Positions 17,710-27,374 of a DNA stretch of 46,248 bases are shown here, piece after piece. Each line of letters begins with the position of its first letter. The stretch's first letter is position 1. The DNA lies in assembly GCA_031416315.1 (NCBI GenBank), contig JANOTL010000032.1, positions 1 to 46,248 of the forward strand, read 5' to 3'. Position numbers and translations under genes: made by a program. Origin of the DNA: Pseudomonadota bacterium. Lineage in GTDB: Bacteria > Bdellovibrionota_B > Oligoflexia > Oligoflexales > CAIYRB01. Below the pieces are notes generated by a model that saw nothing but the letters and a program-made list of their open reading frames with translations, ran no database searches and had not been told where the DNA came from.

Positions 17710-18681
17710 TCACTGGGCGAAGTCGAGGATCGGCGCCGCGATCTGCAGCACCCTTTGCGCCGTGAAGACGCCGATGATGGCGAGAGCGGCGGCGCGCGTC
17801 AAAAGGCGGGCGCGGCGCTCGAACCGGGCGACGGCCTCGTCCAAGCGTTTCTCCGCGAGGGCGCCCAAGTCGGCGAGCGCCTCCGGCATCCGGCCGGCTT
17901 CCTCCGCGACCGCGAGCGCTTCGAGCGCTTCCGGCGCGATGCCGGGCAAGGCAGCGCAGGCCTCGGTGAGCCCGGACGTCCTCAGCACGCTCACGACCAG
18001 CTCGTGGCGGCGCGCGAACGCTGGATCCGCCGCGATGTCGATGGCGCGCTCGAGCGCTCCTTCCGCGGGAATGCCCGCTGCCATCAAGTCGCCGAGCGCG
18101 TGGTAAAAGCGCAGCCAACGCGCCTCGCGCCAAACGGGAGCGAGAAGAGGCGTACGCCGGAAAATCGCGTCGCGCATCGATTCGAAGCGTAGGACGAGGA
18201 GCATGACCATCAGCACGCCGCCGCCAGCGACGGCCGCGTAGGCGCCCGGCGTGCTGCCGTCGCCGAAAGCGGCGTTGCCGCCGGAGACGTAGGCGAGAAG
18301 CATCGCGGAGAAGGCGGCGAACGCGCCCCACCCGATCGCGCTCAGCGCCGTGCTGACGAGCTGTTGATTCAAGCGCTCGGTGAGGCGATGCTCGATTTTG
18401 CACTGGCGCGCGATCCGAGCGAAGGCGGCCGGAAGATCGCCTGAGCGCTCGCCGGCCTCGACGAGCGGCAAGACGAAGCGGGGCAAAAAGACGGTGCCGT
18501 TCGCCATCGCGTCCACGAGGCGCTCGCCGCGCTCCAAGCCGCGAAGCGCCTCCTGCTGCAAGGTGCGAACCTCGTCAGGACCCGAGCGGATCGGGCGCGA
18601 CAGCGCCTTCGCCAACGGAATGCCAGAGGTCAAAGACCGGGAAAGATTTGTAAAAAAGTCCGCGAGGGCTTCGAGCTGCAT
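17710..18681 (-). CDS. type II secretion/type IV pilus platform protein, GspF/PilC family
   Basis: Two T2SSF repeats (LTSGIPLAKAL..AGERSGDL; LMAAGIPAEGAL..VAEEAGRM) separated by TM helices. Confidence 0.85.
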   Translation of the reverse strand: MQLEALADFFTNLSRSLTSGIPLAKALSRPIRSGPDEVRTLQQEALRGLERGERLVDAMANGTVFLPRFVLPLVEAGERSGDLPAAFARIARQCKIEHRLTERLNQQLVSTALSAIGWGAFAAFSAMLLAYVSGGNAAFGDGSTPGAYAAVAGGGVLMVMLLVLRFESMRDAIFRRTPLLAPVWREARWLRFYHALGDLMAAGIPAEGALERAIDIAADPAFARRHELVVSVLRTSGLTEACAALPGIAPEALEALAVAEEAGRMPEALADLGALAEKRLDEAVARFERRARLLTRAAALAIIGVFTAQRVLQIAAPILDFAQ

Positions 18682-18844
18682 GGGGGGCCTCCGGGCTGGA
18701 GTCTAAGCCCGCGGCGCCGCGAGCTTTTGACCGACCTTGCCGTTCGGTCGCGCATTCCGGCGGTTCGGTCTCCCGAGGCGTTCGCGAACGGCGGCGAGGC
18801 GTTATGGTGCCTGCGCCGAACCCCTTCCCTCTGGAGACCTGCCC

Positions 18845-19789
18845 ATGAAATTTCTACTCATCGCCGCCTTCGCCGCGCTCACGGCAGGCTCCGCGCAAGC
18901 CGCGAGCTTTGTCTCCTGCGCCGACGGCAAGTTTTCCATCGACAAGGCCGCGGACGGCGGGCTGACGTTGCGCATCGCCGACGCCGAGAAGCTCGCTCAT
19001 TTCGAAGGCGAAGGCTGGATGCGCCCGGCCGAGATCCAGGACGGCGCGTTCACGACGACCGTGACCAAGGGCGAGCGCTTCTACCGCTTCTTCGGCTCCG
19101 CGCAAGAAGTCGGCGGCGTCTTCTACGAGGTTCGCTGGGACGAGTCCCGAAATCCGCCCCGGTACGCATTCATCGAGCTTTGGCGCGTGTATGAAGGCGG
19201 CTCGATGGCGCCGCTCGAAGTGTGGGAGTTCGGCGACTCCTGCCGCTTCGCCGAGACCGACGGTCACTTCTCCTTGCCGCCGCCGCCACCCGAGCCCTAC
19301 ACCATCGACCGCGAGGCTGACGCGGGAAATTGCGAGCTCTTCATCAACAGTTTGGGCCGGCAAAACCGTCACTATGGCGGCGGCGGCTACGACGAGCGCC
19401 TGTTCGTCGCGTACGTCTCCGTCGATGCGCAAAAGCTCGTGACCGAGCAAGGCGGCGAGATCCTCGCGGTCGGCATGCGGATGAACGGCACCGACGACCT
19501 GATCGAGCGCAATGAGCTCGAGCCCGCATACTACATGCTCCGCAAATCGTTGTGGCTTCGCGGCTACAACAATGCGGACTACGATTTGCATCGCTTCGCC
19601 GTTTTTGTCGACGTACGTCGCGCCGACCGGTCAGTGGATCGTCTGTGGCTGAAGGATGGCTGGCACGACTTCAACTGGCCGAGCGTGTTCGCCGACTATC
19701 CGAAACACGTCAAGTCGATGGGGCCGAATTACGACGAGTACGTGTTGGATCCTTCGCCGGTGTACGGGGCGAAAGCGCGCTGCAACTAA
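18845..19789 (+). CDS. secreted hypothetical protein
   Basis: GGAG RBS, signal peptide MKFLLIAAFAALTAGSAQA, two regions joined by a poly-Pro linker. Confidence 0.75.
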   Translation: MKFLLIAAFAALTAGSAQAASFVSCADGKFSIDKAADGGLTLRIADAEKLAHFEGEGWMRPAEIQDGAFTTTVTKGERFYRFFGSAQEVGGVFYEVRWDESRNPPRYAFIELWRVYEGGSMAPLEVWEFGDSCRFAETDGHFSLPPPPPEPYTIDREADAGNCELFINSLGRQNRHYGGGGYDERLFVAYVSVDAQKLVTEQGGEILAVGMRMNGTDDLIERNELEPAYYMLRKSLWLRGYNNADYDLHRFAVFVDVRRADRSVDRLWLKDGWHDFNWPSVFADYPKHVKSMGPNYDEYVLDPSPVYGAKARCN

Positions 19790-19839
19790 ACGTCGCCGAC
19801 CGCCGTGGTGAAAGTCGTCGTCGGCGCGCGCAACGAGTG

Positions 19840-20409
19840 TTACGGAGTCTTGGTCGCGACTAGGATCTCGCGCGAGGTGCAGGCGAGCTTGCCTCGGTTC
19901 TCCGTATAGAGCCGGGCGAGCAGGCCGTCCGCCATGCAGTCGCCTTCGGTGATGGTGACGTCGCCGGTATAGCGGCGGTCCTCCATCGTCAGCGTCGTCC
20001 CAACGAGCGTCGCGGTCTGATCGGTGTAGCCAAGAAGACAGGTCTTGCCGAAGCCGGAGAGACTCCGCGTCGGTGTTCCCGTCCAAACACCGGCGGCGAT
20101 ATTGGTGTCGAGGGAGAAGCGGCCGGAGCGTGCGGTCGACTTATACCACACCGTGTCCTTGCCGGTGACGCCGTCGGGAAGAGCTTCCAGCTCGAAGGTG
20201 GCGTCCGGATCGGTGACGGCCTCGGTCGGGTCGGCGCAGTCGAACTTGCTCTCGGTATACGTCGTCGTCGTGTACGTGCCGAAGATCACGTCTTTCGGCG
20301 CCGTCACTTTGGTCTCTTCCTCATCGGCTTCGTCCTTCTTGCCGCAGGCGACGGAATTGAGGAGGATGAGGACCGATATTGAGACGAGGAGACGAGGTGT
20401 TTTCAGCAT
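19840..20409 (-). CDS. hypothetical lipoprotein
   Basis: MLKTPRLLVSISVLILLNSVAC lipobox. The long upstream ORF extension is antisense to the VOC gene. Confidence 0.7.
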   Translation of the reverse strand: MLKTPRLLVSISVLILLNSVACGKKDEADEEETKVTAPKDVIFGTYTTTTYTESKFDCADPTEAVTDPDATFELEALPDGVTGKDTVWYKSTARSGRFSLDTNIAAGVWTGTPTRSLSGFGKTCLLGYTDQTATLVGTTLTMEDRRYTGDVTITEGDCMADGLLARLYTENRGKLACTSREILVATKTP

Positions 20410-20424
20410 GGGGACGAGTTTACC

Positions 20425-21213
20425 ATGAGCTCGACGCGTAGGACGGGAGAGTTTTGCTGGATCAACGTGCTGGCGCGCGACGACGCGGCCGAGCGCGACT
20501 TTTTTGCGGCGCTCTTCAACTGGACCTACGTGCCCTTGCCGAGCACAGGTCACCGGATCAAGCTCGACGGCAGGGACGTCGGCAGCATCTTCCCGCTCAC
20601 CGAGGAGCTCGTCCCCGCGGGCACACCTCCCGGGATCGGCGTCATGGTGAAGGTCGCGAGCGCTGACGCTACGGTGACGAAGGCGGCGGCAGTCGGCGGC
20701 AAATCCCGACCCGCGACCGACGTCGGGCCGCAAGGCCGCATGGCGGAGCTCGTCGATCCGAACGGCGCGATGATCGACGTATGGGAGCCGAAAGCGAGCG
20801 GCGGGATGGACTGCGACGCGCGCATGCACGGCGCGCCGTCCTGGATCGAGCTCCTGACGACGGATCTGGATCGGGCGGCGAAGTTTTATGCGGACGTGTT
20901 CGGGTGGCGGCCGCAGGTGATGCCGAAGGCGGGATCGAAATACCTGGTCTTCAAGCTGGGTCAGGTCGTCGTGGGCGCGATGCGGCCGATTACGGAGGCG
21001 ATGGGGCCGACGCCGCCGCATTGGGCGGTGCATTTTACGGTCGAGGACGTGGAGCTGGCGGCGGCGACGGCGGAAAAGCTCGGAGGAACGGTGTTTCAAC
21101 GGCCGGTGGAGCTCGTGGGGGTCGGGCGAACCGTGGGATTGAGGTCGCCGGCGGGCGTGCGGTTTTTTGGCCTGCGGCGTATTCCACCCAGCCCATTCGC
21201 CAAAGGCTCCTAG
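20425..21213 (+). CDS. two-domain VOC (glyoxalase/bleomycin resistance) family protein
   Basis: FCWINVLARD..FFAALFNW, GRMAELVDPNGA, WIELLTTDLDRAAKFYADVFGW, PHWAVHFTVED. Confidence 0.92.
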   Translation: MSSTRRTGEFCWINVLARDDAAERDFFAALFNWTYVPLPSTGHRIKLDGRDVGSIFPLTEELVPAGTPPGIGVMVKVASADATVTKAAAVGGKSRPATDVGPQGRMAELVDPNGAMIDVWEPKASGGMDCDARMHGAPSWIELLTTDLDRAAKFYADVFGWRPQVMPKAGSKYLVFKLGQVVVGAMRPITEAMGPTPPHWAVHFTVEDVELAAATAEKLGGTVFQRPVELVGVGRTVGLRSPAGVRFFGLRRIPPSPFAKGS

Positions 21214-21253
21214 GCTGAGCGGAAACTCGCAAACTGGCCTACGTAATTGTGTG

Positions 21254-22129
21254 TCAGACCGTAACGTGGTGGGGTCCAAGGCGGAGGACCTCGTTGTGCG
21301 ACCACGCGTAGAGGTCGACTAGGTGCTGCAGGTTGTCGGGCCGCTTGGTCGTGCACCACGTTCGACGGGTCAGCGTCTTCAAGCGGTCGCGGAACATGGC
21401 GCATGTGTGGTTCAGGCTGAAGAGCGGGTCGAAGCCCCCGCGCTTGAGCTCGCCCTGGCCTACGACGCAGCCGCGGCGGCTCAGGAATCGGTCGTGGCTG
21501 ACTCCAGGCAGAGCACTGCGCACAAGCCCTGGGTAGCGCGGACACCGGTCGCTGCGAATGAGCGTGAGCCCAGGCGCGGCCCGAGCAACATCGGCCAGCG
21601 CTCGGAGAATTGCCGCACGACGGCCGTCGTGGCGGATTCCGTAACGCCTCCGGGCAATTGCGGCAAGGCGCCCCTTGGCCGGCATCGAGGCAACCCGTGC
21701 TGCGATGATGCGGCGCGTCTCCTCCTCAACGGCGACCACGATTGCCAGAGGCTTACACTTCGAGTGCTCGAAGGTCTCCATCTCGTCGAAGGTGACGGTG
21801 GGGAGGCAGTCGCCGCGGGCTACCGCAGTGGCGTTGTTTTGCGCGGCCTTTGTCCCGAGACGGCGCAGCTTTCTTGTCACAGTCTTCCGATGGATTCCCA
21901 AGATTCGCGCACAGCCGCGCTGCGAGACGCCCTCGTTGAGGGCACGCGCGAGCACCTGGTCGACGTGCGGCTTTCGCTCGCGATAGGTGAGAGTGCCTGT
22001 CTGCGTCGAGAAGCGCCGGGCGCAACTGCTGCAAAAGAAGCGCTGGATTCTCTCGGCGCGAGTCGCCTGCTTGCGAAAAAAGCCGCACTTCGTGACTTTG
22101 GCGGCCGGGTTTTGACACAAAGGACACAT
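21254..22129 (-). CDS. IS1-like transposase (Zn ribbon, HTH, DDE-type core), single ORF
   Basis: CPLC..QRFFCSSC, HTH EGVSQRGCARILGIHRKTV, FDEMETF, RSD, RLKTLTRRTWCTTK. Confidence 0.88.
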   Translation of the reverse strand: MCPLCQNPAAKVTKCGFFRKQATRAERIQRFFCSSCARRFSTQTGTLTYRERKPHVDQVLARALNEGVSQRGCARILGIHRKTVTRKLRRLGTKAAQNNATAVARGDCLPTVTFDEMETFEHSKCKPLAIVVAVEEETRRIIAARVASMPAKGRLAAIARRRYGIRHDGRRAAILRALADVARAAPGLTLIRSDRCPRYPGLVRSALPGVSHDRFLSRRGCVVGQGELKRGGFDPLFSLNHTCAMFRDRLKTLTRRTWCTTKRPDNLQHLVDLYAWSHNEVLRLGPHHVTV

Positions 22130-22132
22130 GTC

Positions 22133-22153
22133 TGCCTCCTAGGAAAGGAGGCA
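22133..22153 (-). promoter_or_regulatory. hairpin sequestering the transposase RBS
   Basis: TGCCTCCT-AGGAA-AGGAGGCA forms a perfect 8-bp stem that contains the minus-strand AGGAGG just upstream of the ATG at 22129. Confidence 0.7.
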
Positions 22154-22230
22154 AGATCGCGAAAACGCGACCGCAATCGAAGCGACATCACATGTCCGGC
22201 CCAACAATTACGTAGGCCAGTTTAGGAAAC

Positions 22231-23274
22231 TCAGAGTGTCTTCATGTCGATGACGAAGCGGTAACGTACGTCGCTCTTCACAACTCGCTCGTAGGCTTCG
22301 TTGATCTTTTGCGCCGGGATCGTCTCGATGTCGCATTGGATGTCGTGCAAGGCGCAGAAGTCGAGCATCTCCTGCGTCTCCTTGATGCCGCCGATCAGGG
22401 ATCCGGCGAGACTGCGGCGGCCGCCGACGAGCGGGAAGGCGCCGACGGGGACCATCTTTTCGGGGATGCCGACGACGACCATGGTGCCGTCGAGTTTCAG
22501 CAGGTTCAGGTACGCGTTCCAGTCCATTTCCGCGGAGACGGTGTTGACGATCAGGTCGAAGGAGCCGCGCAGCTTCTTGAAGGTCTCGGCGTCGCTGGTC
22601 GCGTAAAAGTGCGCGGCGCCCATGCGCATGCCGTCCTCCTTCTTTTTCAGCGAATGGCTGAGCACCGTGACCTCGGCGCCCATCGCGTGCGCGAGCTTCA
22701 CGCCCATGTGGCCCAAGCCGCCGAGACCGACGATGGCGACCTTCTTCCCCGGACCGGCCTGCCAGTGGCGCAACGGCGAATAAAGCGTGATGCCGGCGCA
22801 AAGGAGCGGCGCCGCCGCGTCGAGCGGCAGGCGGTCGGGGATGCGCAGGACATAGTTCTCGTCGACGACGATCTGGCTGGAATAGCCGCCCTGCGTCGGC
22901 GTCTTACCGTCGCGCTCTTTCCCGTTATAGGTGCCGGTCATGCCCTGTGTGCAATATTGCTCCAGGCCTTCGGCGCAGGGCGCGCAGTCGCGGCACGAGT
23001 CGACGAAGCAACCGACGCCGACGCGATCGCCGACCTTGAACTTCCGCACACCGCCGCCGACGCTCGTAACGAGCCCCGCGATCTCGTGGCCCGGAACCAT
23101 CGGAAACTGCGAGCCCCCCCATTCGTCGCGCGCCTGGTGGATGTCGGAATGGCAAATGCCGCAGAATTGGATGTCGATGACGACGTCATGCGCGCGCGAG
23201 TCGCGTCGCTCGAAGGCGAAAGGAGCGAGCGGAGCTTTCGCGGACGTCGCAGCGTAACCTTTGACTTGCAGCAT
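22231..23274 (-). CDS. Zn-dependent NAD(P) alcohol dehydrogenase (cinnamyl-ADH/YahK-like)
   Basis: CGICHSD, GHE, structural Zn [30 protein letters not shown]. Confidence 0.96.
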   Translation of the reverse strand: MLQVKGYAATSAKAPLAPFAFERRDSRAHDVVIDIQFCGICHSDIHQARDEWGGSQFPMVPGHEIAGLVTSVGGGVRKFKVGDRVGVGCFVDSCRDCAPCAEGLEQYCTQGMTGTYNGKERDGKTPTQGGYSSQIVVDENYVLRIPDRLPLDAAAPLLCAGITLYSPLRHWQAGPGKKVAIVGLGGLGHMGVKLAHAMGAEVTVLSHSLKKKEDGMRMGAAHFYATSDAETFKKLRGSFDLIVNTVSAEMDWNAYLNLLKLDGTMVVVGIPEKMVPVGAFPLVGGRRSLAGSLIGGIKETQEMLDFCALHDIQCDIETIPAQKINEAYERVVKSDVRYRFVIDMKTL

Positions 23275-23429
23275 GGCGCGCCTTTCGCGAGGGAGAGGAT
23301 CGGGAGCGGCTAGAATCTATCCCCGGTGGAGCGCGGAATCGAGCGCGAAAACCGCCGGATAGGACCTTGGCGATCCCGGCCGGCGCAGAGTATCCTGGCG
23401 CGAGCCGAAAACCGGCACGGGGGCGAATC

Positions 23430-23969
23430 ATGTGGATCTTTCTGGCAGGGGCCGTGCTCCTGCAGTCGCATTTCGAGTGCAAGGATTTGGGCGCCGGGAG
23501 CTTCCGGCCGTACTACATGCAGGCGACCTCCGACGGGTCGCGCTACCGCGACTACTCGCAGACGCCGCGCGGCCAGCTCGGCCAAAATCCGATGCGCTCG
23601 CTGGACGAGTGCACGCGGGCCTTGGCGGCGGCGAACGACGAGTTCGGCGTGATCTGCAGCCGGACGGGCCTCGACGGCTGGAAACCGACGCTCTACACCG
23701 GGACCGTGCCGGGACGCGCCGACTTCGGCTATCTCGGCGGCTCCTCGATCATGGATCTCGACGACTGCCTGTTGGCGACCGAGCGCTCGAGCGCATCGGG
23801 CGTCTGCTTTTGGGGCGGCTCCGACTGGTTCGTCTCGCCCATAGATCGCGAAGGGGTGACGGCCGGGCCTTTTGCGACGGTCGAAGCTTGCGTGGAGCGA
23901 ACGCAGGAAGCTTTCCGGGACGCGTCGCCGGCCGGGAACGCGGCGCGCTTCGAGGCTGCAGTCGATTGA
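23430..23969 (+). CDS. Cys-containing hypothetical protein, probably exported
   Basis: Short hydrophobic N-terminus MWIFLAGAVLL, six Cys, and repeated (L/V)(D/E)xC motifs (LDEC, LDDC, VEAC). Confidence 0.65.
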   Translation: MWIFLAGAVLLQSHFECKDLGAGSFRPYYMQATSDGSRYRDYSQTPRGQLGQNPMRSLDECTRALAAANDEFGVICSRTGLDGWKPTLYTGTVPGRADFGYLGGSSIMDLDDCLLATERSSASGVCFWGGSDWFVSPIDREGVTAGPFATVEACVERTQEAFRDASPAGNAARFEAAVD

Positions 23970-24004
23970 TCCGACTGGCGTAATTTCCTGGGTTGACGGG
24001 AATC

Positions 24005-24030
24005 TCAAGTCGGGCCGCGAGGCGACCGAG
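24005..24030 (+). promoter_or_regulatory. sigma28-like promoter
   Basis: TCAAG-N16-CCGAG upstream of the 24082 lipoprotein. Confidence 0.5.
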
Positions 24031-24081
24031 GACCTCCCGTCGGATTAGGCGGGATCTTCCGCCGCTTAGTGGAAGTACACC

Positions 24082-25131
24082 ATGCTCTCTCGTCGCCTCG
24101 CTAGCCTCGCCGTCGTCGCCCTGTGTCACCTGGTCCAAGCGTGCGGCGCCGACGAGCCGATGCTCGCGGATCAGCGCACGGTCACCCGCGGCAAAGGCGC
24201 CGACGCCGTCCCGCAGGGCGACGGCACGCCTGTGGCGGTAGAGGTCCCAGCGCCGGCTCCCGTCGAGTCGGAGGTTGCGGTCGAAGACGCGACGACGTCG
24301 ACCGAGGCGCCCGCGCCCGTCGCTGAGGCGCCAGTCGTCAGCTCGCCTTCGACGCCTGCCCCTGAACCCGCGCCCGCGCCCGTCGACGAGCCGAAAGAGC
24401 CGGATTACTCGGGCCCGCGTTATTCGAAAGGCACCGGCGGCGCCGCGGGCTTCGTCGAGCAAGAGTTCACCGCGGCGAACGGACTGGAGAGCAGCTACAA
24501 GATCAACGTTCCCGCCGACGCCGGCGCCAAGAAGCCCTACGGCCTGCACATCCACGTGCACGGCGACGGCGGCGGCGGCTACGCCGACTTTCCGAACGAA
24601 GAGACGCGCGACGGCTTGATCGGCGTGACCGTGAAGGCGCCGAACGCCTCTCTGACCTGGGGCCGCGCGGCCGGGAGGACGCACGGAGAATATCTGCAGG
24701 ACCTGATCCAGAGCGAGCTCGTGAAGAAGTACAACGTCGACCTCGAGCGGATCTACTTCTCCGGCGTTTCCGGCGGCGCTTACTTCCTCACCGGCAACTT
24801 CATCCCGAGCTACGGCAAGGGCTATCGCACGGGCGCCTTCCTGATGTGCGGCGGCGAAGCGCCGCGAGTGGCCTTCGACGAGCCGGAGTTCCTGAAAGAT
24901 TTCTCGATCTACTGGCAGGTGACCGCGGGCGAACGCAACGACATCCTGGCGTCGGTCCGCCGCAGCATGCGCGCGTACAAGACGGCCCTCGACGGCGTCG
25001 CGGGCGACGCAAAGATGCAGATGAGCGAGATCGTCGGCGACGGCGGACATTGCGAGTTCGACGGCGAGGAGTACACGAGCGGGATTCAGTACATGATGGA
25101 TTTGAAGTTCAAGGTGGTTCTGCGGGAGTGA
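24082..25131 (+). CDS. lipoprotein alpha/beta-hydrolase (esterase/depolymerase-like) with Pro-rich stalk
   Basis: Lipobox VQAC, P/A/E-rich linker, HVHGDGG oxyanion-like motif, nucleophile elbow FSGVSGG, GGH. Confidence 0.75.
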   Translation: MLSRRLASLAVVALCHLVQACGADEPMLADQRTVTRGKGADAVPQGDGTPVAVEVPAPAPVESEVAVEDATTSTEAPAPVAEAPVVSSPSTPAPEPAPAPVDEPKEPDYSGPRYSKGTGGAAGFVEQEFTAANGLESSYKINVPADAGAKKPYGLHIHVHGDGGGGYADFPNEETRDGLIGVTVKAPNASLTWGRAAGRTHGEYLQDLIQSELVKKYNVDLERIYFSGVSGGAYFLTGNFIPSYGKGYRTGAFLMCGGEAPRVAFDEPEFLKDFSIYWQVTAGERNDILASVRRSMRAYKTALDGVAGDAKMQMSEIVGDGGHCEFDGEEYTSGIQYMMDLKFKVVLRE

Positions 25132-25149
25132 ATGGCGCTGAAAGGCACT

Positions 25150-26049
25150 TTAACGGAATCCGGTAAACTCACGCGGTAACGCGCTCTCGAACCTCAGCGG
25201 TTCCCGCGTCACCGGATGCCGAAATCCCAGCACCCGCGCATGCAACGCGAGCCTCGGATAAGGCCACCGCGCATGCCGCGCGTCCTCGGCACGATAGCGC
25301 TCGTCGCCGAGGACCGGGTGGCCGAGCTCGGCGAAATGGACGCGGATCTGGTTGCGGCGGCCGGTCTCGAGGTTGACGGCGACCAGGGTCGCGCCGCTCT
25401 CGTAGCGCTGCCGCACCTCGTAATGCGTGATGGCGAGCTCGCCGTTTTTCGCCACTGACTTCTGGTTCAACGCCTCGTCGCTCGCCAGCAGGCTCTCGAC
25501 CCGCCCGCGGTCGAGCGGAACCCGGCCGGAGACGATGGCGGCATATTCGCGCTCGGGCTTGCGGGCGGCGAACTGCGCGATCAGATCCTTGGCGATCTGC
25601 GGCGTGCGGCCGAAGACGAGAAGGCCAGATGTGTCGCGGTCGAGGCGGTGCACGACGCTGACGCGGCGGCCCTTCCGGCCCTTGTTCAGGTGGTTGGACA
25701 GCAGATCGAGCAAGGTGTGCGGCTCGCCGCGCGGCGTCGGCACCGTGAGCGTGCCGGCGGCTTTGTCGACGACGGCCAGATGCTCGTCGAGGAAGACGAG
25801 GGCGAAGCCGCGCGTCGCGCGCTCTGCCGGCTTTTCCTTGTAGCGACGCTCGGGATCGAAACGGAGCTGCAGGAGCTCGCCGCCCAGGAGGCGCAGGCCG
25901 GCGTCGCTCACCGGAGCCCCGTCCAGGCGAGCGCCACCGTGGTCCAAAAGGCCGCGCACGCGGGCGCGCGAGAAGCCGGTCAAGCGCGCCACGAGCGTGT
26001 CGAGGCGGCCGGCGTCGGCGGGAAGGACTTGATGGGTCACGGTTTGCAT
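25150..26049 (-). CDS. RluA/RluD-family pseudouridine synthase with S4-like N-terminus
   Basis: VVHRLDRDTSGL, ETGRRNQIRVH, GHPVLGD, LALHA. Confidence 0.95.
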   Translation of the reverse strand: MQTVTHQVLPADAGRLDTLVARLTGFSRARVRGLLDHGGARLDGAPVSDAGLRLLGGELLQLRFDPERRYKEKPAERATRGFALVFLDEHLAVVDKAAGTLTVPTPRGEPHTLLDLLSNHLNKGRKGRRVSVVHRLDRDTSGLLVFGRTPQIAKDLIAQFAARKPEREYAAIVSGRVPLDRGRVESLLASDEALNQKSVAKNGELAITHYEVRQRYESGATLVAVNLETGRRNQIRVHFAELGHPVLGDERYRAEDARHARWPYPRLALHARVLGFRHPVTREPLRFESALPREFTGFR

Positions 26050-26090
26050 GGGCGCGGGATCCTATCCTCGGATCGCGCGCCGCGCGCCTT

Positions 26091-26576
26091 CTAATTTTCG
26101 CCCGTGTAATTCGCGCTTTGCTGCCCCGCCGTCTCGTGCGCCGTGTGGGCTCCCTGGTCCAAAGCCACCTCGAGCGCGCCAAGGAGCTTGGCCCACCCCG
26201 CCTCGGTGCGCGCAGCGAACTCGGGCTGCGTCATCTCGTGCACCAAGGTGAGCTGCGCGCCTTCATGGCAAGGGACGATGTCGATCGAGACGACGCTATC
26301 GCTCGGGCCGTGCCCGGCGATGCCCCAGGTGAACACGAGGCGCCGCGGGCGAAAGATCTCGAGGTACTCCCCGTTGTGGTCGAGCTCGCCGTGGACCGGG
26401 CGGCGGACGACGAAGGAGAAGTAGCCGCCGACGAAGGGCTCGGTGACCAGCCGGACACGCTCCTCCTCGAGCCCTGTGTGCTCGAAGAGCCAGTGCTCCA
26501 AGCGGTCGGGATCGACCCAGGCGTCGAAGACGGTGTCGGGCGAAGCCGCAAAAGTATGCTGCACACGAACTTCCAT
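26091..26576 (-). CDS. SRPBCC/AHSA1 domain protein
   Basis: FAASPDTVFDAWVDP, GEYLEIFRPRRLVFTW, LTLVHE, GWAKLL. AGGAGG RBS. Confidence 0.9.
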   Translation of the reverse strand: MEVRVQHTFAASPDTVFDAWVDPDRLEHWLFEHTGLEEERVRLVTEPFVGGYFSFVVRRPVHGELDHNGEYLEIFRPRRLVFTWGIAGHGPSDSVVSIDIVPCHEGAQLTLVHEMTQPEFAARTEAGWAKLLGALEVALDQGAHTAHETAGQQSANYTGEN

Positions 26577-26692
26577 GCGGGGCTCCTCCTGGATGAGTCG
26601 ATCGAGAGAGTCTATGCAGAAATTGGGCCGATCTCGTATCATAGAGGCTCGTCCGATCCAAGTGCCCCTCGATCCCGTTGGGAGAGCCGTCG

Positions 26693-27331
26693 ATGAGAAT
26701 TTTCGCTGTGGTCGCCGTCGTTTTGGCCTTCGGTCTCGGCTCATCGGCGTGGGCCGACAAGTACTCGATGAAAGATCTGAAAGCCTTGCAGAAGAGCAAA
26801 TCGTGGGGCGAGCTCCTGGCGCACGGTCTCGACGTCGCGCCGTCGGATCGCGACGAGGAGTGGCAGGAGGTCATCGAGGCCGCGGCGGTGGGCCAACTCC
26901 AAGAGGCCAAGGACGAGGACATGAAGTACCTGTCCTCTATGCAAGCGCGGATCGACGCGGACGTGAAGACGTTCACCTTTCTGAAGACCGCGAAGAAATA
27001 CAAGCGCGCGGCGAGCAAGGCGATGATCAAGACCTACAAGGGCTGCTATCAGAGCCGCGAATGCAAGAGAGGCTCGGACATCGACTGGCTCCTAAGCGTG
27101 AAGGCGTATGTCGAGGCCGAAGGGACTGATCCCGTCACCGCCTGCGACGCCGGCGACATGATCTCGACGTTCATGACCCCGACCGCGTCCCTCCACATGT
27201 ACGACCTCGCGACGCCTAAGGGCGGCGACTGCTGCAAGTCGAAATCGCTGAAAGAGGCGGTGAAGGCGGGCCTGAAGGACGCGCAGTACAAGGAAGACGC
27301 GCAGAAGGTCGCGAAGCGCTGCAAGGTCTGA
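26693..27331 (+). CDS. secreted helical hypothetical protein
   Basis: GGAG RBS, signal peptide ending SAWA, Lys-rich with six Cys. Confidence 0.75.
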   Translation: MRIFAVVAVVLAFGLGSSAWADKYSMKDLKALQKSKSWGELLAHGLDVAPSDRDEEWQEVIEAAAVGQLQEAKDEDMKYLSSMQARIDADVKTFTFLKTAKKYKRAASKAMIKTYKGCYQSRECKRGSDIDWLLSVKAYVEAEGTDPVTACDAGDMISTFMTPTASLHMYDLATPKGGDCCKSKSLKEAVKAGLKDAQYKEDAQKVAKRCKV

Positions 27332-27374
27332 GGGGGGGGTGCGCAGAGACGGCGCATTTTTCCGGTTCTACCCT

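Larger units (their letters stand above)
21229..22225 (-). mobile_element. IS1-like insertion sequence (~1 kb)
   Basis: Perfect 20-bp IR AAACTGGCCTACGTAATTGT (21231-21250) / ACAATTACGTAGGCCAGTTT (22204-22223). Flanking direct repeat GGAAACTC at 21221-21228 and 22225-22232. Exact ends are uncertain by 1 nt. Confidence 0.9.

Noticed and set aside
20410..21279. 290-codon N-terminal extension of the 19840 lipoprotein ORF
   Set aside because: It is antisense to the well-supported VOC gene, and the lipoprotein signal begins at 20409.
26050..26095. AGAAG-N16-CCGAG upstream of the pseudouridine synthase as another sigma28-like site
   Set aside because: Poor -35 match in very GC-rich sequence, overlapping the upstream stop codon.
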